DNA of 64,000 bases from an uncultured Gemmatimonadaceae bacterium (GTDB lineage: Bacteria > Gemmatimonadota > Gemmatimonadetes > Gemmatimonadales > Gemmatimonadaceae): NCBI GenBank assembly GCA_963740355.1, contig CAVUDW010000003.1:2112001-2176000 (forward strand), given 5' to 3'. Shown here one piece after another: positions 30,502 to 40,524 of the stretch. The number at the start of each line of letters is the position of its first letter. Within the stretch, counting starts at the first letter, position 1. Position numbers and translations under genes: made by a program. The notes beneath the pieces were generated by a model, which was given only the letters and a program-made list of their open reading frames with translations, searched no databases and had not been told where the DNA came from.

Positions 30502-31584
30502 CTAGCGCTTGCCGGTGAAGATCGCCTTCGGGATCATCACGTGCGCGCCAACATTTCCGTCCACGAGCTGCGTGATGCGCACATCACAGGCGACGCTGGT
30601 GAGCATGTAGGCATCGTCGCGGGTCATTCCCTTGACGGTGACGAGAAAGTCGATCGCCTGGCGAAGCGCCATCTTGGTGGCGACGACCAGATCCTTGTCC
30701 ATACCCATCGCAATCCAGTGCGTCGGCGTCTCGCCGCGCGGCCAGGTGAGCTTCAGGTCCTTGCGGACGATGACATCGAAGACGCCCGTCAGTGACGTCT
30801 CCAGCCCAGTGATGTCGACCTCACCATCACCCTGGCCAGCATGACCGTCACCCACTTCGAGCAGCGCACCCGGCACATGCACCGGGATGAACAGTGTCGT
30901 GCCAGCCACCAGCTCCTTGTTGTCGAGATTACCCGCGTGCAGGTTCGGCGGCGCACTGCTGATGCGACCCATCGACGGTGGCGGCGCAACACCGATACTA
31001 CCGAAGAATGGGCGCAGCGGAATGTCGATGCCTGGTGCAAAACGCGCCATCATCGCGCGTGAGTCGAGCGGAATGATGCGCATCTTCCGCGTCGGGAAGT
31101 CTTCTGGCAGGAAGCCCGATGTCGGCCCGAACGCGTTGTACGCGTACGGAATTGCGAGATCCACCTTCTTGATCCGAATCTCGAGCACATCACCCGGTTC
31201 GGCGCCATCGACGTACACCGGCCCGGTGAGGATATGACCGCCGGGCCCCTTGTCGGTGACGCTATCGATGATCGCGCGCAGCGCCGGCTCGACATCCTGG
31301 GGCAACACGCCGGCGGCCTCCAGCCGTTGTGGCGTCGACGTGATCAGCGTTCCTACCGTCAACTCATCGCCCGACGCGATATGCAGCACCGGCTTCGCAT
31401 CGGCCCAGTAATACCCCACCGCCACGGTCGATGGTGACGGCATCAAGCGATGCCGAGCGGGCTTCCGAACCTCGGCATCGCGCACGGAGCGACGCAGCGG
31501 AGGCGTCGCTCCGATCAACACCATCACCACTCCCAGCACACCAAGCGATACCGCAGTGCGACCGAGGCCAGCGCGAGTGATCAT
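30502..31584 (-). CDS. Acetamidase/formamidase family protein with N-terminal signal/TM
   Basis: GHILTGPVYVDGAEPGDVLEI, PFFGSIGVAP, GNLDNKEL, GDGHAGQGDGEV. Confidence 0.9.
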   Translation of the reverse strand: MITRAGLGRTAVSLGVLGVVMVLIGATPPLRRSVRDAEVRKPARHRLMPSPSTVAVGYYWADAKPVLHIASGDELTVGTLITSTPQRLEAAGVLPQDVEPALRAIIDSVTDKGPGGHILTGPVYVDGAEPGDVLEIRIKKVDLAIPYAYNAFGPTSGFLPEDFPTRKMRIIPLDSRAMMARFAPGIDIPLRPFFGSIGVAPPPSMGRISSAPPNLHAGNLDNKELVAGTTLFIPVHVPGALLEVGDGHAGQGDGEVDITGLETSLTGVFDVIVRKDLKLTWPRGETPTHWIAMGMDKDLVVATKMALRQAIDFLVTVKGMTRDDAYMLTSVACDVRITQLVDGNVGAHVMIPKAIFTGKR

Positions 31585-31590
31585 GCGCGC

Positions 31591-33786
31591 TCAACCAACC
31601 AGCGGCAGTGACCGCGTCGGCTTGCCCGTCAACGCCAGCAACGCGTTGGCGACGGCCGGACCGATCACCGGTGTGGCGGGCTCGCCAACACCAGTCGGTG
31701 CCTCGCCAGAGGTCACGATGAACACCTCCACCTGCGGCATCTCGCTGGCGCGCAGCACGCGATACCGATCGAAGTTGGTGCTGACGACGCGCCCCTTGTC
31801 GATGTCGATCTTGCCGTACAACGCCGCACCGAGTCCGAACGCCACCGACCCTTCCACCTGGGCACGCACGATGTCGGGGTTCACCACCACGCCACAGTCC
31901 ACGGCGGCCGTCACCTTGTGCACGCGTGGCACACCATTCACCAGCGACACTTCAGCTACCTGCGCCACATAGGTCTCGAATGACTTGTGCACCGCCACGC
32001 CACGCGCATGGCCCGCAGGCAACGGCGTGCCCCACCCGGCCTTCTCGGCCGCAAGATTCAACACGGCCAGCCGGCGTGGATCCTTCGTCATCATCGCGCG
32101 ACGAAATTCCACCGGATCCTTCCCCGCCGCGTGCGCCATTTCGTCGATGAACATCTCCACCGCGAACGCGGTGTGTGTATTGCCCACCGACCGCCACCAC
32201 TGCGTCGGCACACCAATCTTCGGATACGACGCGTCGAGAAAGACATTCGCGATCTCGTACTTGTGATCGGCCGCACCTTCATAGGCGGACGGATCCTTGC
32301 CATCCTTGCTGTCGAACATCGTGCCTTCCATCATGTTCTGGCCGACGACGCGCTGCCACCACGCGACCGGTGTGCCTGCCGCGTCGATGCCGCCACGCAA
32401 CGTGTGCAACATCGCAGGGCGGAAGTAGCCGGCCGCTGTATCGTCTTCGCGTGTCCAGACGAGCTTCACTGGCGACTTGCCATTGATCGCCTTCGCAATC
32501 GTCGCCGCCTCGACCACGTAGTCCGAGTGCGGATTGGCACGACGACCAAAGCTGCCGCCGGCGAACACCGTGTGCATGGTGACCTGCTCCGGCTTCAGCC
32601 CAAACACCGCCGCCACTGCGCCCTGATCGATGGTCGGAAACTGGTTGCTGTTCCAGATGCTCGCGCTGGTGCCAGGCTTCAGTTCGACGACGCAGTTGAG
32701 CGGCTCCATCGAGGCATGTGCGAGGTACGGGAATTCATACGTCGCCTCAACCTTCTTGGCGGCCGACGCGATCGCGCCTTCGGCGTTCCCATCGTTGCGA
32801 ATGCCGATACCCGGCTTGGTCGCGGCCTCACGGAAGGTTGCCATGATCTCGGTCATGCCGAGCGTGTTGGCACCCGTCTCGTCCCACTCGACGGTCAACG
32901 CGTCACGGCCCATCTTCGCGGCCCAGAAGTGTTGTGCCAGCACCGCTACGCCGGTCGGGATCTGCACCACATCCACCACACCGGCCACGGCCTTCGCCTT
33001 GGTGGCATCGAACGATTTCACCTTGGCGCCGAACAGCGGCGCATGTGCAACGACTGCGGTGAGCATGCCCGGAAGCTTCACATCCTGCGTGAAGACCGCG
33101 GTGCCGTTCGACTTCGACCTGGCATCGACACGCGGCGTCACCGTCTTGTCCTTGCCGATGTAGCGGAAGTCCTTCGGGTCCTTCAGTTTCACGTCCGACG
33201 GCACCGGCATCGTGGCGGCCGCTGCCACCAGCGTGCCGTACGCCGCGCGACGATTCGTTGCCGCATGGACCACTTCGCCGGGTTCGGTGGTGAGGTCGCT
33301 CGCGGAAACGCCCCACTGCTTCGCTGCTGCCGCAACCAGCATCGCACGCGCCGTGGCACCCGCCTTTCGATGCTGCGTCCACGAGTTGGCAATCGCCGTG
33401 GATCCGCCCGTGCCCTGCATGCCACCGATTGCCGAATTGCCGTACTTCTTGTTGTCAGCGCCGGCGCCGATCACCGTCACCTTGCTCCAATCCGCATCCA
33501 GTTCGTCGGCGATGATCGTCGCCAAGCCGGTGTGCACGCCCTGGCCCATCTCGAGATGCTTCGACGTGACCTGCACATTCCCGTTGGCGTCGATCCGCAC
33601 GAAGGCATTCGGCTCGAGCGCACCACCAGTTGCCGTGACGACGTCCTCCTCACCCTTCGGTCCGCAGCCATACACCGACACCATCAGCCCGCCGCCGAGC
33701 ACGAGACTGACACGCACGAAGTCGCGGCGGGAGACGGTCGAGTCGAAGCCGGTCTTGTCGGTATCCTTCTGGATGAAGCGCTTCAT
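31591..33786 (-). CDS. iorB: Xanthine dehydrogenase family molybdopterin-binding subunit (isoquinoline 1-oxidoreductase beta-like), Tat-exported
   Basis: SRRDFVR Tat motif; [31 protein letters not shown]. Confidence 0.88.
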   Translation of the reverse strand: MKRFIQKDTDKTGFDSTVSRRDFVRVSLVLGGGLMVSVYGCGPKGEEDVVTATGGALEPNAFVRIDANGNVQVTSKHLEMGQGVHTGLATIIADELDADWSKVTVIGAGADNKKYGNSAIGGMQGTGGSTAIANSWTQHRKAGATARAMLVAAAAKQWGVSASDLTTEPGEVVHAATNRRAAYGTLVAAAATMPVPSDVKLKDPKDFRYIGKDKTVTPRVDARSKSNGTAVFTQDVKLPGMLTAVVAHAPLFGAKVKSFDATKAKAVAGVVDVVQIPTGVAVLAQHFWAAKMGRDALTVEWDETGANTLGMTEIMATFREAATKPGIGIRNDGNAEGAIASAAKKVEATYEFPYLAHASMEPLNCVVELKPGTSASIWNSNQFPTIDQGAVAAVFGLKPEQVTMHTVFAGGSFGRRANPHSDYVVEAATIAKAINGKSPVKLVWTREDDTAAGYFRPAMLHTLRGGIDAAGTPVAWWQRVVGQNMMEGTMFDSKDGKDPSAYEGAADHKYEIANVFLDASYPKIGVPTQWWRSVGNTHTAFAVEMFIDEMAHAAGKDPVEFRRAMMTKDPRRLAVLNLAAEKAGWGTPLPAGHARGVAVHKSFETYVAQVAEVSLVNGVPRVHKVTAAVDCGVVVNPDIVRAQVEGSVAFGLGAALYGKIDIDKGRVVSTNFDRYRVLRASEMPQVEVFIVTSGEAPTGVGEPATPVIGPAVANALLALTGKPTRSLPLVG

Positions 33787-34247
33787 GCGGTCGCCCTCTT
33801 CAGTTCAGCCGCACGGTGCACGGCTGCCCGGATCCGCTGGTAGGTGCCGCAGCGGCAGATGTTGCCCTGCATGGCGCGATCGATGTCGGCGTCCGTTGGC
33901 GACGGTGTCGTTTCGAGCAGCGCCACGGCAGACATGATCTGCCCGCTCTGGCAGTAGCCACACTGTGGCACCTGCTGCTCGATCCACGCCTGCTGCACGA
34001 CATGCGTGGTGTCGGCGGAAATCCCCTCGATGGTGGTGATCGCCTTCCCTCCCACCGCCGACAGCGGCAGGGAGCATGAGCGCACCGGCTTGCCATCCAC
34101 ATGCACCGTGCAGGCGCCGCACTGAGCCATGCCGCAACCGAATTTCGTTCCTGTCAGCCCTACGATGTCACGGATCACCCACAACAACGGCGTGGATGGA
34201 TCGGCAGCGACGTCGTGCGCCGTGCCATTGATGTTGATCGAGGCCAT
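33783..34247 (-). CDS. iorA: (2Fe-2S)-binding small subunit
   Basis: [32 protein letters not shown]. Confidence 0.92.
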   Translation of the reverse strand: MASININGTAHDVAADPSTPLLWVIRDIVGLTGTKFGCGMAQCGACTVHVDGKPVRSCSLPLSAVGGKAITTIEGISADTTHVVQQAWIEQQVPQCGYCQSGQIMSAVALLETTPSPTDADIDRAMQGNICRCGTYQRIRAAVHRAAELKRATA

Positions 34248-34492
34248 CGATTCTCTCCACTCGGTGCTGGGTGTTTCCGAAGAACAGGCTGGAATTCACG
34301 TTCGGCCAAACTGGGGCACGCGCGGTTCGGCATTCAGGCGATGCGTCTGCCTGACAGACGGGCTGCATATCGCCCGCTACGCTGCGGACAGCGTCCGGCT
34401 GCCGTTCGTGACTGAGTACAATAAGGTGGCGCACGGAAGACCGGTGCCCGCGGCGCAGTCTCGCCACGTACCACATCCAGCCGAACCTCTCC

Positions 34493-35188
34493 ATGGCGAT
34501 TCACACCGAGCTTCATCGTACCTCGCACATCGGGTGGCTGCGAGCCGCCGTCCTCGGTGCCAACGATGGCCTGATCTCGACCAGCAGCCTGGTGGTCGGT
34601 GTCGCGGCCGCGCAGGCCGAGCGGGGCCCCGTGCTCCTCTCGGCGTTGGCTGGGTTGGTGGCCGGCGCGCTGTCGATGGCGGCAGGCGAATACGTCTCGG
34701 TCAGCTCGCAATCGGATACCGAGGAGGCTGATCTGGACCGCGAACGGAAGGAGTTGGCCGCGGACCCCGAGCACGAGCGTCAGGAGCTGGCCGGGATCTA
34801 TGAGTCCCGCGGCCTCACGGCCGAGCTCGCCCTGCAGGTTGCTGATCAGCTGATGGCGAAGGACGCGCTGGGCGCCCATGCCAGGGACGAGCTCGGTATG
34901 TCCGACATGACCCGCGCGCGGCCAATCCAGGCGGCGCTTTCCTCGGCAGCCGCCTTCGCCGCCGGTGCTACGCCACCTGTCCTGCTGGTGTTATTCATCC
35001 CCCTGGCGCAGGTCTCGCTGTCGGTGACCGGCGTCACGCTCGTGCTGCTGATCGGTCTCGGGGCCCTGGCCGCAAAGACCGGCGGCGCTCCCATGTTGCG
35101 CGGCGCCATCCGGGTCACCTTCTGGGGTGCCGTGGCGATGGGTGCGACAGCACTCGTCGGGAAACTCTTCGGCACGGTCGCCGCGTAG
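34493..35188 (+). CDS. VIT1/CCC1 family Fe/Mn transporter
   Basis: GWLRAAVLGANDG, GALSMAAGEYVSVSSQ, AHARDELG. Confidence 0.93.
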   Translation: MAIHTELHRTSHIGWLRAAVLGANDGLISTSSLVVGVAAAQAERGPVLLSALAGLVAGALSMAAGEYVSVSSQSDTEEADLDRERKELAADPEHERQELAGIYESRGLTAELALQVADQLMAKDALGAHARDELGMSDMTRARPIQAALSSAAAFAAGATPPVLLVLFIPLAQVSLSVTGVTLVLLIGLGALAAKTGGAPMLRGAIRVTFWGAVAMGATALVGKLFGTVAA

Positions 35189-35231
35189 GCGGTTCGCTTC
35201 GCACCACCACGATTGACCTGTCTCGCTGCCT

Positions 35232-35828
35232 ATGCCCACGACTCCGACCAGCAACATGCCCGCCATGCGCGTCGATGGCGACCACCGCGAGCGAACGGTC
35301 GCGCTGCTGTCGGATGCATACGCGCGCGACATGATCACGATGAGTGAACTAGAACTGCGGATGGAAGCCGTCTACAGCGCCGCCGATCGAGCCGACCTGG
35401 CGCGGCTGACGGCCGACTTGCCGATGATCGGTGACCTGTCAGCGCAGGCGGCCAGCGGGCTGGTTGGTGGCGCGCGACAGCAGTTGTCGGCGTTCTTCAG
35501 CTCGATCGAGGGCGTCCAGATCGCGGTGATGCCAACACTGTTCGACATCAGCGCGACCTTTGGCAGCGTCGAGCTCGACTTCCGGCACACGGTGTTCCAT
35601 CCCGGCGTCACCGAGATCAGCATCGCCGCGAATTTCGGCAGCATCGAGTTGGTGCTGCCTTCGTACGTCGCCGTCGAGCGCCACGGTCACTTCAGCTTCT
35701 GTTCGTACAGCATCAAGGACAAGGGCTTCAAGCGGGCCCAGCACCCGCTCCCAGCCAACGCGCCGGTGGTGCGCCTGACGGGGCATGCGTTCCTCAGCAA
35801 CATCGAGATCAAGCGCGTGAAACCGTAG
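35232..35828 (+). CDS. DUF1707 SHOCT-like domain plus LiaF/DUF2154-like C-terminal domain protein
   Basis: RERTVALLSDAYA...ELELRM...LTADLP; FGSVELDFR, FGSIELVLP. Confidence 0.8.
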   Translation: MPTTPTSNMPAMRVDGDHRERTVALLSDAYARDMITMSELELRMEAVYSAADRADLARLTADLPMIGDLSAQAASGLVGGARQQLSAFFSSIEGVQIAVMPTLFDISATFGSVELDFRHTVFHPGVTEISIAANFGSIELVLPSYVAVERHGHFSFCSYSIKDKGFKRAQHPLPANAPVVRLTGHAFLSNIEIKRVKP

Positions 35829-35873
35829 TCGCGGCGACGCGGCTGGATCGCGCGATCGCACGTCGAGGGGCGA

Positions 35874-36689
35874 CTAAAAATCCAGATCGTCGCCGTCGTC
35901 GAATCGTGGCAATGGCCACGGTGGTCCGCTGCTTTCGCCCCACTGCACCTCGACATCCGCCACCAACGGTTCGTCGAACAGGTGCTGCACCAGTGACTCG
36001 ACATCACGGCTGGGCGTTCCGACCACAAAGTTGATTGCGCCAGTGGTGCCAGCGACGTGGGGCTCGCACTGCCAGAGTCGAGCCGATTCCGGCACCACCT
36101 CGCCGATATCCATCAGCAGCGCGTCGATCAACTCCTCATCGGTGTGCGGCCGGAAGCGGATCCAGACCTTGGGGCCAAGGTTGAGCGCCTCCCACTCGCG
36201 ATACGCTTCCACCTGCGCGGCACTCGATGCACGCCACGCTTCGAACGCGGCCTCGCCCTCCATCAGCACAGCCGGTGAGACGCCGGCGGCAAGTCGCTGC
36301 TGGTTCACCAGGTGGCGGAAGCGCGCCACACGATCCGCGAGTTCGGGCGAAACATGCGACAACAATGCCAGCACCAGCGTGTCAACACGTCGGTTCGCGC
36401 CACGCGCGTAGGTCTCGACGAGGTGGTCCGGCGCGGCGTTGATGAACTGGAATGCACTGCGGTACTCGTCCTCGCTGAACAGCTCACCGACCTCGGGCCA
36501 GGTGTCCCACACAGGCCGCGGCGTCAACTCCGAGGCGGGGATCCAGCGACGAAAGGCGTCGAGGCCAATCCCGCTCGGCACCGTCAGCAGCCACGCGAGG
36601 ACCTGTTCCTTCGACCCGGAGAACACCTGCCCATCGAGCTGTTCTGGCTCGAATCCGATGCGTCGGAATTCTGTGTAGATGTCGTTCAT
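35874..36689 (-). CDS. Hypothetical cytoplasmic protein with an acidic C-terminal tail
   Basis: 271-aa ORF from ATG 36689 filling the gap between flanking genes; no family recognised. Confidence 0.65.
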   Translation of the reverse strand: MNDIYTEFRRIGFEPEQLDGQVFSGSKEQVLAWLLTVPSGIGLDAFRRWIPASELTPRPVWDTWPEVGELFSEDEYRSAFQFINAAPDHLVETYARGANRRVDTLVLALLSHVSPELADRVARFRHLVNQQRLAAGVSPAVLMEGEAAFEAWRASSAAQVEAYREWEALNLGPKVWIRFRPHTDEELIDALLMDIGEVVPESARLWQCEPHVAGTTGAINFVVGTPSRDVESLVQHLFDEPLVADVEVQWGESSGPPWPLPRFDDGDDLDF

Positions 36690-36994
36690 GAAGACGGCGT
36701 GGAAACGACTGGACGATCCGGGAGACTCTCGACAGGCGCGCAGCATGCGGAGCCGTGGCCGGCCATCCCGTCAGCGGCAGCCGGGATGGTCGTGCGAACC
36801 AACATGCTACCAATTCCGAGTCCCTGTCAAGACATCATCATTGGATGCTGGTGTCGATTGACGGTCTCGGCCGCCAACTGCTGCGCGCCACCGCTGCAGC
36901 TCAGCTGGCTTGGTCGACAATCCCTGCGCGCATGGCTACGGTTCACTCCGGTTCAGTCGACCGCACCATCCCTCGCGCTTGCCGGAGTTCCCTG

Positions 36995-38389
36995 ATGTCT
37001 TCCGTCCCGCGGCTGCTGCACGCGATGTCCCTCGCTGTGCTCGCGGCCGGCCTGTGGGTCGTCGCACCGTCCAGCGTCGAGGCGCAGTGGCGACCGCTCT
37101 TCGATGGCACCAGCCTCGCTGGCTGGTATCAGTGCAACGGCTCGGCGCCGTACACCGTGGAAAACGGCACGATCACGGGTCGCTCGGTGGTGAAATCACC
37201 CAACAGTTTTCTCTGCACTCGCGAGACGTTTGGCGACTTCGTGCTCGAGTACGACATCTGGCTTGGATCGGCACTCAACAGCGGTGTACAGATCCGGAGC
37301 ACGAGCGATTCCTCGATCATGAACGGTCGCGTGCACGGATACCAGGTCGAAGTCGATCCGTCGCCGCGACGATGGACCGGTGGTATCTACGACGAATCGC
37401 GCAGCGGGTGGCTGCACACACTCGATGGACAACCGGACGCCCAACGCGCCTTCCGCCTCGGCACGTGGAATCACTTTCGCGTCGAGGCGATTGGTACATC
37501 CATTCGAACCTGGGTGAACGGTGTACCGGCAGCCAACATCCTCGACGATCGCTCGGCACGTGGGATCATCGCGCTGCAGGTCCACGATATCGGTCTTGAC
37601 TCGACGCTGGTGGGCCAGGTCGTCCGGTTCCGGAACATTCGCATCAAGACCGAGGGCCTGGATGCGGCACGCACCCCGATGTCGAGCACGGTGCCGCAGT
37701 ACAACTACATCGCCAATACACTCACGGCGCGGGAACGCAGCGCAGGCTGGAAATTGCTCTGGGACGGCCGGAGCAGCGCTGGGTGGCGAGGCGCGAAGCT
37801 CACCTCGTTTCCGGCGCAGGGTTGGGAGATGCGGGATGGCGTGTTGTCGGTACTCGAAACCGAAGGACGCGAGGCTGCCGCTGGCGGCGATATCGTGACC
37901 GACGACGAGTATGAAAACTTCGAGCTGACACTCGAATACCGGCTGACACGTGGCGCGAACAGTGGCATCAAGTATTTCGTCAACACCGCGCTCAACACAG
38001 GAAATGGGAGTGCCATCGGCAATGAGTTCCAACTGCTGGACGACGCCGTGCACCCCGACGCGAAGCTTGGCGTGAATCACAACCGCACCAATGCCGGCCT
38101 CTACGACCTCATCCCGCCGCGGAACGTTCGCTTCAATGAAATCGGCGAGTGGAATCGGGCACGCATCGTTGTGCGCGGCCAGCACGTTGAACACTGGCTG
38201 AACGGCTTCAAGACGGTGGAATACGAGCGCGGCACACAGCTCTGGCGGGCGCTGGTGGATCATAGCAAGTACGTCGTCTGGCCAGACTTTGGGAACGCCG
38301 CGCGCGGTCACATCCTGTTGCAGGATCATGGCAATGCGGTGTCATTCCGGTCGATCAAGCTGCGAGTGCTACCTGGGAGCAAGACATGA
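36995..38389 (+). CDS. Tandem DUF1080 (3-keto-disaccharide hydrolase family) protein, exported
   Basis: Two domains: LFDGTSLAGW...NSGVQ...GWL...ALQVH and LLWDG...GANSGIKY...LLQDHG...FRSIK. Confidence 0.88.
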   Translation: MSSVPRLLHAMSLAVLAAGLWVVAPSSVEAQWRPLFDGTSLAGWYQCNGSAPYTVENGTITGRSVVKSPNSFLCTRETFGDFVLEYDIWLGSALNSGVQIRSTSDSSIMNGRVHGYQVEVDPSPRRWTGGIYDESRSGWLHTLDGQPDAQRAFRLGTWNHFRVEAIGTSIRTWVNGVPAANILDDRSARGIIALQVHDIGLDSTLVGQVVRFRNIRIKTEGLDAARTPMSSTVPQYNYIANTLTARERSAGWKLLWDGRSSAGWRGAKLTSFPAQGWEMRDGVLSVLETEGREAAAGGDIVTDDEYENFELTLEYRLTRGANSGIKYFVNTALNTGNGSAIGNEFQLLDDAVHPDAKLGVNHNRTNAGLYDLIPPRNVRFNEIGEWNRARIVVRGQHVEHWLNGFKTVEYERGTQLWRALVDHSKYVVWPDFGNAARGHILLQDHGNAVSFRSIKLRVLPGSKT

Positions 38390-39777
38390 GCGACACTACC
38401 CGTCGTCAGTTCCTCAAGTCGTCAGCCGGCGTACTCCTGCTGCCGGCCTTCATTCCTCGCACCTACCTGTTTGGCGGCGGTACACCACCAAGCCGCGTGA
38501 TCAACGTGGCGCAGATTGGGTGCGGACGGATGGGGATGGAAGATCTCCGCGGCACGATCGCCCACGATCTCTGCCGAGTGGTGGCGGTGTGTGACCTGGA
38601 TGCCAATCGCCGCGAGGCTGCACGAGCGGAAGTGGAGCAGTTCTACCGTGCGAAGGGCGAGCGTCGCGTGAACGTGCGCGCGTACCAGGACTACCATGAG
38701 ATCCTCGCGCGGCGGGACATCGACGCGGTGCTGATCACGCCACCCGATCATTGGCATGCGCTGGTTGCGGTCGAAGCGGTACTGGCCGGCAAGGATGTCC
38801 ATGTGCAGAAGCCGATCACCTACGACATCGCTGAGTCGATCGTGCTGCGGCAGGTGGTGCGGAAGACGCAGCGTGTGCTGCAGACCGGCAGCCAGCAGCG
38901 GTCATCACACCCGTGGCAGACGTTTCGTGTCGCGAGTCAGGCCGTGCGTAACGGGCGGATCGGCACCCTGAAGACGATTCGCATCGGCATCGGCCGCGAC
39001 GAGCCCAAGGGGCAGGCACCGCTGCCGCAACCGGTGCCGTCGACCTTCGACTACGACACCTGGCTGGGCCCGGCCCCGCAGCAACCGTACATGGAGGCTC
39101 GGGTCCATCCACAACAGGGATACGGACGCCCCGGCTGGATCACCACCGAAGACTTCGGGCTCGGCATGATCACCAACTGGGGTGCCCACCACATGGACAT
39201 CGCGCAGTGGGCAATGGGCATGGAGCTGAGCGGTCCAACGCGCGTATCGGCCAAGGCCGACTTCATGCAGCATGACGTCTGGACGGTGCATCACGGCTAT
39301 CACATCGAGATGCAATATGCGAATGGGGCAACCGTGATCCTCGATGACTCATACCCGAATGGCATCCGTTTCGAGGGTTCGGACGGGTGGGTGTTCTGCG
39401 CTCGTGGTGCCGCACAGGTCACGAGCAGCGACCCTGCTGCACCGGCGGACGCACCGAAGGCGCTCGACGCCAGCAATGCACGCATCATCTCCGATCCCTT
39501 CACCGACCGCGAGGTGCGATGGATGCCGAGCGACAATCACTACCGGAACTGGCTGGAGGCAATTCAGACGCGCACCGATCCGATCGCGCCAGTGGATCAG
39601 GCCGTGCGCAGCCTGCAGGCCTGTGCCACGGCGTGGATCAGCATGAAGCTCGGTCGGCCCGTGACCTGGGATGCCGCTCGCGAGGAATTCCCCGGCGATG
39701 CCGAGGCGAATGCGCTGCGGACGCGCGCGCCACGCTCTTCACGCTTTGACGTCCACCGCATCGCGAGGCTGGCATGA
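38386..39777 (+). CDS. Gfo/Idh/MocA family oxidoreductase, Tat-exported
   Basis: TRRQFLK; IGCGRMG; PPDHWH; VQKP; QTGSQQRS; NWGAHHMD. Confidence 0.92.
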   Translation: MSDTTRRQFLKSSAGVLLLPAFIPRTYLFGGGTPPSRVINVAQIGCGRMGMEDLRGTIAHDLCRVVAVCDLDANRREAARAEVEQFYRAKGERRVNVRAYQDYHEILARRDIDAVLITPPDHWHALVAVEAVLAGKDVHVQKPITYDIAESIVLRQVVRKTQRVLQTGSQQRSSHPWQTFRVASQAVRNGRIGTLKTIRIGIGRDEPKGQAPLPQPVPSTFDYDTWLGPAPQQPYMEARVHPQQGYGRPGWITTEDFGLGMITNWGAHHMDIAQWAMGMELSGPTRVSAKADFMQHDVWTVHHGYHIEMQYANGATVILDDSYPNGIRFEGSDGWVFCARGAAQVTSSDPAAPADAPKALDASNARIISDPFTDREVRWMPSDNHYRNWLEAIQTRTDPIAPVDQAVRSLQACATAWISMKLGRPVTWDAAREEFPGDAEANALRTRAPRSSRFDVHRIARLA

Positions 39778-40442
39778 GCACACCACGGTTGATCGACCTC
39801 AGTCACGTGATCGAGGACGGCATGATCACCTACAAGGGCCTCCCTGCGCCCCTGATCTGCGACCACCTGTCACGCCTCGCGTCGCGCGAGATCTACGCCC
39901 CGGGCACCGAATTCCAGATTGGCCGGATCGAGATGGTGGGCAATACCGGCACCTATCTCGACACGCCATACCATCGGTATGCGGATGGCGAAGACCTCGC
40001 CGACATCGGCATCGACCGTCTCTGTGATCTGCCGGGACTGGTCGTGCAGGCCACGACACGAAGCGGACGGGCCATCGACGTCGACGTATTTGTCGATCTC
40101 GCGGTGCATGGCTGCGCAGTGCTGGTCCACACTGGGTGGGATGCACACTGGCGCACCGACCAATACCTCGAGGGCCATCCCTACCTGACGGAAGCAGCCG
40201 CAGTCTACCTCCGCGATGCAGGCGCGCTGCTGGTCGGCATCGACTCCCACAACATCGATTGCACTGACAACGGCGAGCGCCCGGTGCACACCACGCTCCT
40301 TGGTGCGGGGATCCCGATCGTCGAGCACATGACGAACCTCGCCACAGTGCCCGCCACCGGCTTTCGCTTCACCGCCGCACCGCCGAAGATTCGCGGCATG
40401 GGGACCTTTCCCGTGCGCGCGTTTGCAACCTGTCCTGGCTAA
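39774..40442 (+). CDS. Cyclase (kynurenine formamidase-like) family protein
   Basis: LIDLSH, NTGTYLDTPYH, LVHTGW, VGIDS, IPIVEHM, FPVRA. Confidence 0.85.
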   Translation: MSTPRLIDLSHVIEDGMITYKGLPAPLICDHLSRLASREIYAPGTEFQIGRIEMVGNTGTYLDTPYHRYADGEDLADIGIDRLCDLPGLVVQATTRSGRAIDVDVFVDLAVHGCAVLVHTGWDAHWRTDQYLEGHPYLTEAAAVYLRDAGALLVGIDSHNIDCTDNGERPVHTTLLGAGIPIVEHMTNLATVPATGFRFTAAPPKIRGMGTFPVRAFATCPG

Positions 40443-40447
40443 AACAG

Positions 40448-40483
40448 AGGCTCGCCGGCGCAGCGATCTGCACCGGCGAGCCT
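40448..40483. terminator. Hairpin between convergent genes
   Basis: AGGCTCGCCGGCGCAG-cgat-CTGCACCGGCGAGCCT. Confidence 0.65.
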
Positions 40484-40524
40484 TGATCGCAGGCTACTGC
40501 CTGCGGCGGGTCAGCCTGCTCGCG

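Noticed and set aside
31987..33843. Long antisense ORFs (also 26757..28397, 55837..57438, 14059..15369, 29..1048 and others)
   Set aside because: Shadow ORFs of GC-rich genes on the opposite strand; Arg/His-rich with no motifs.
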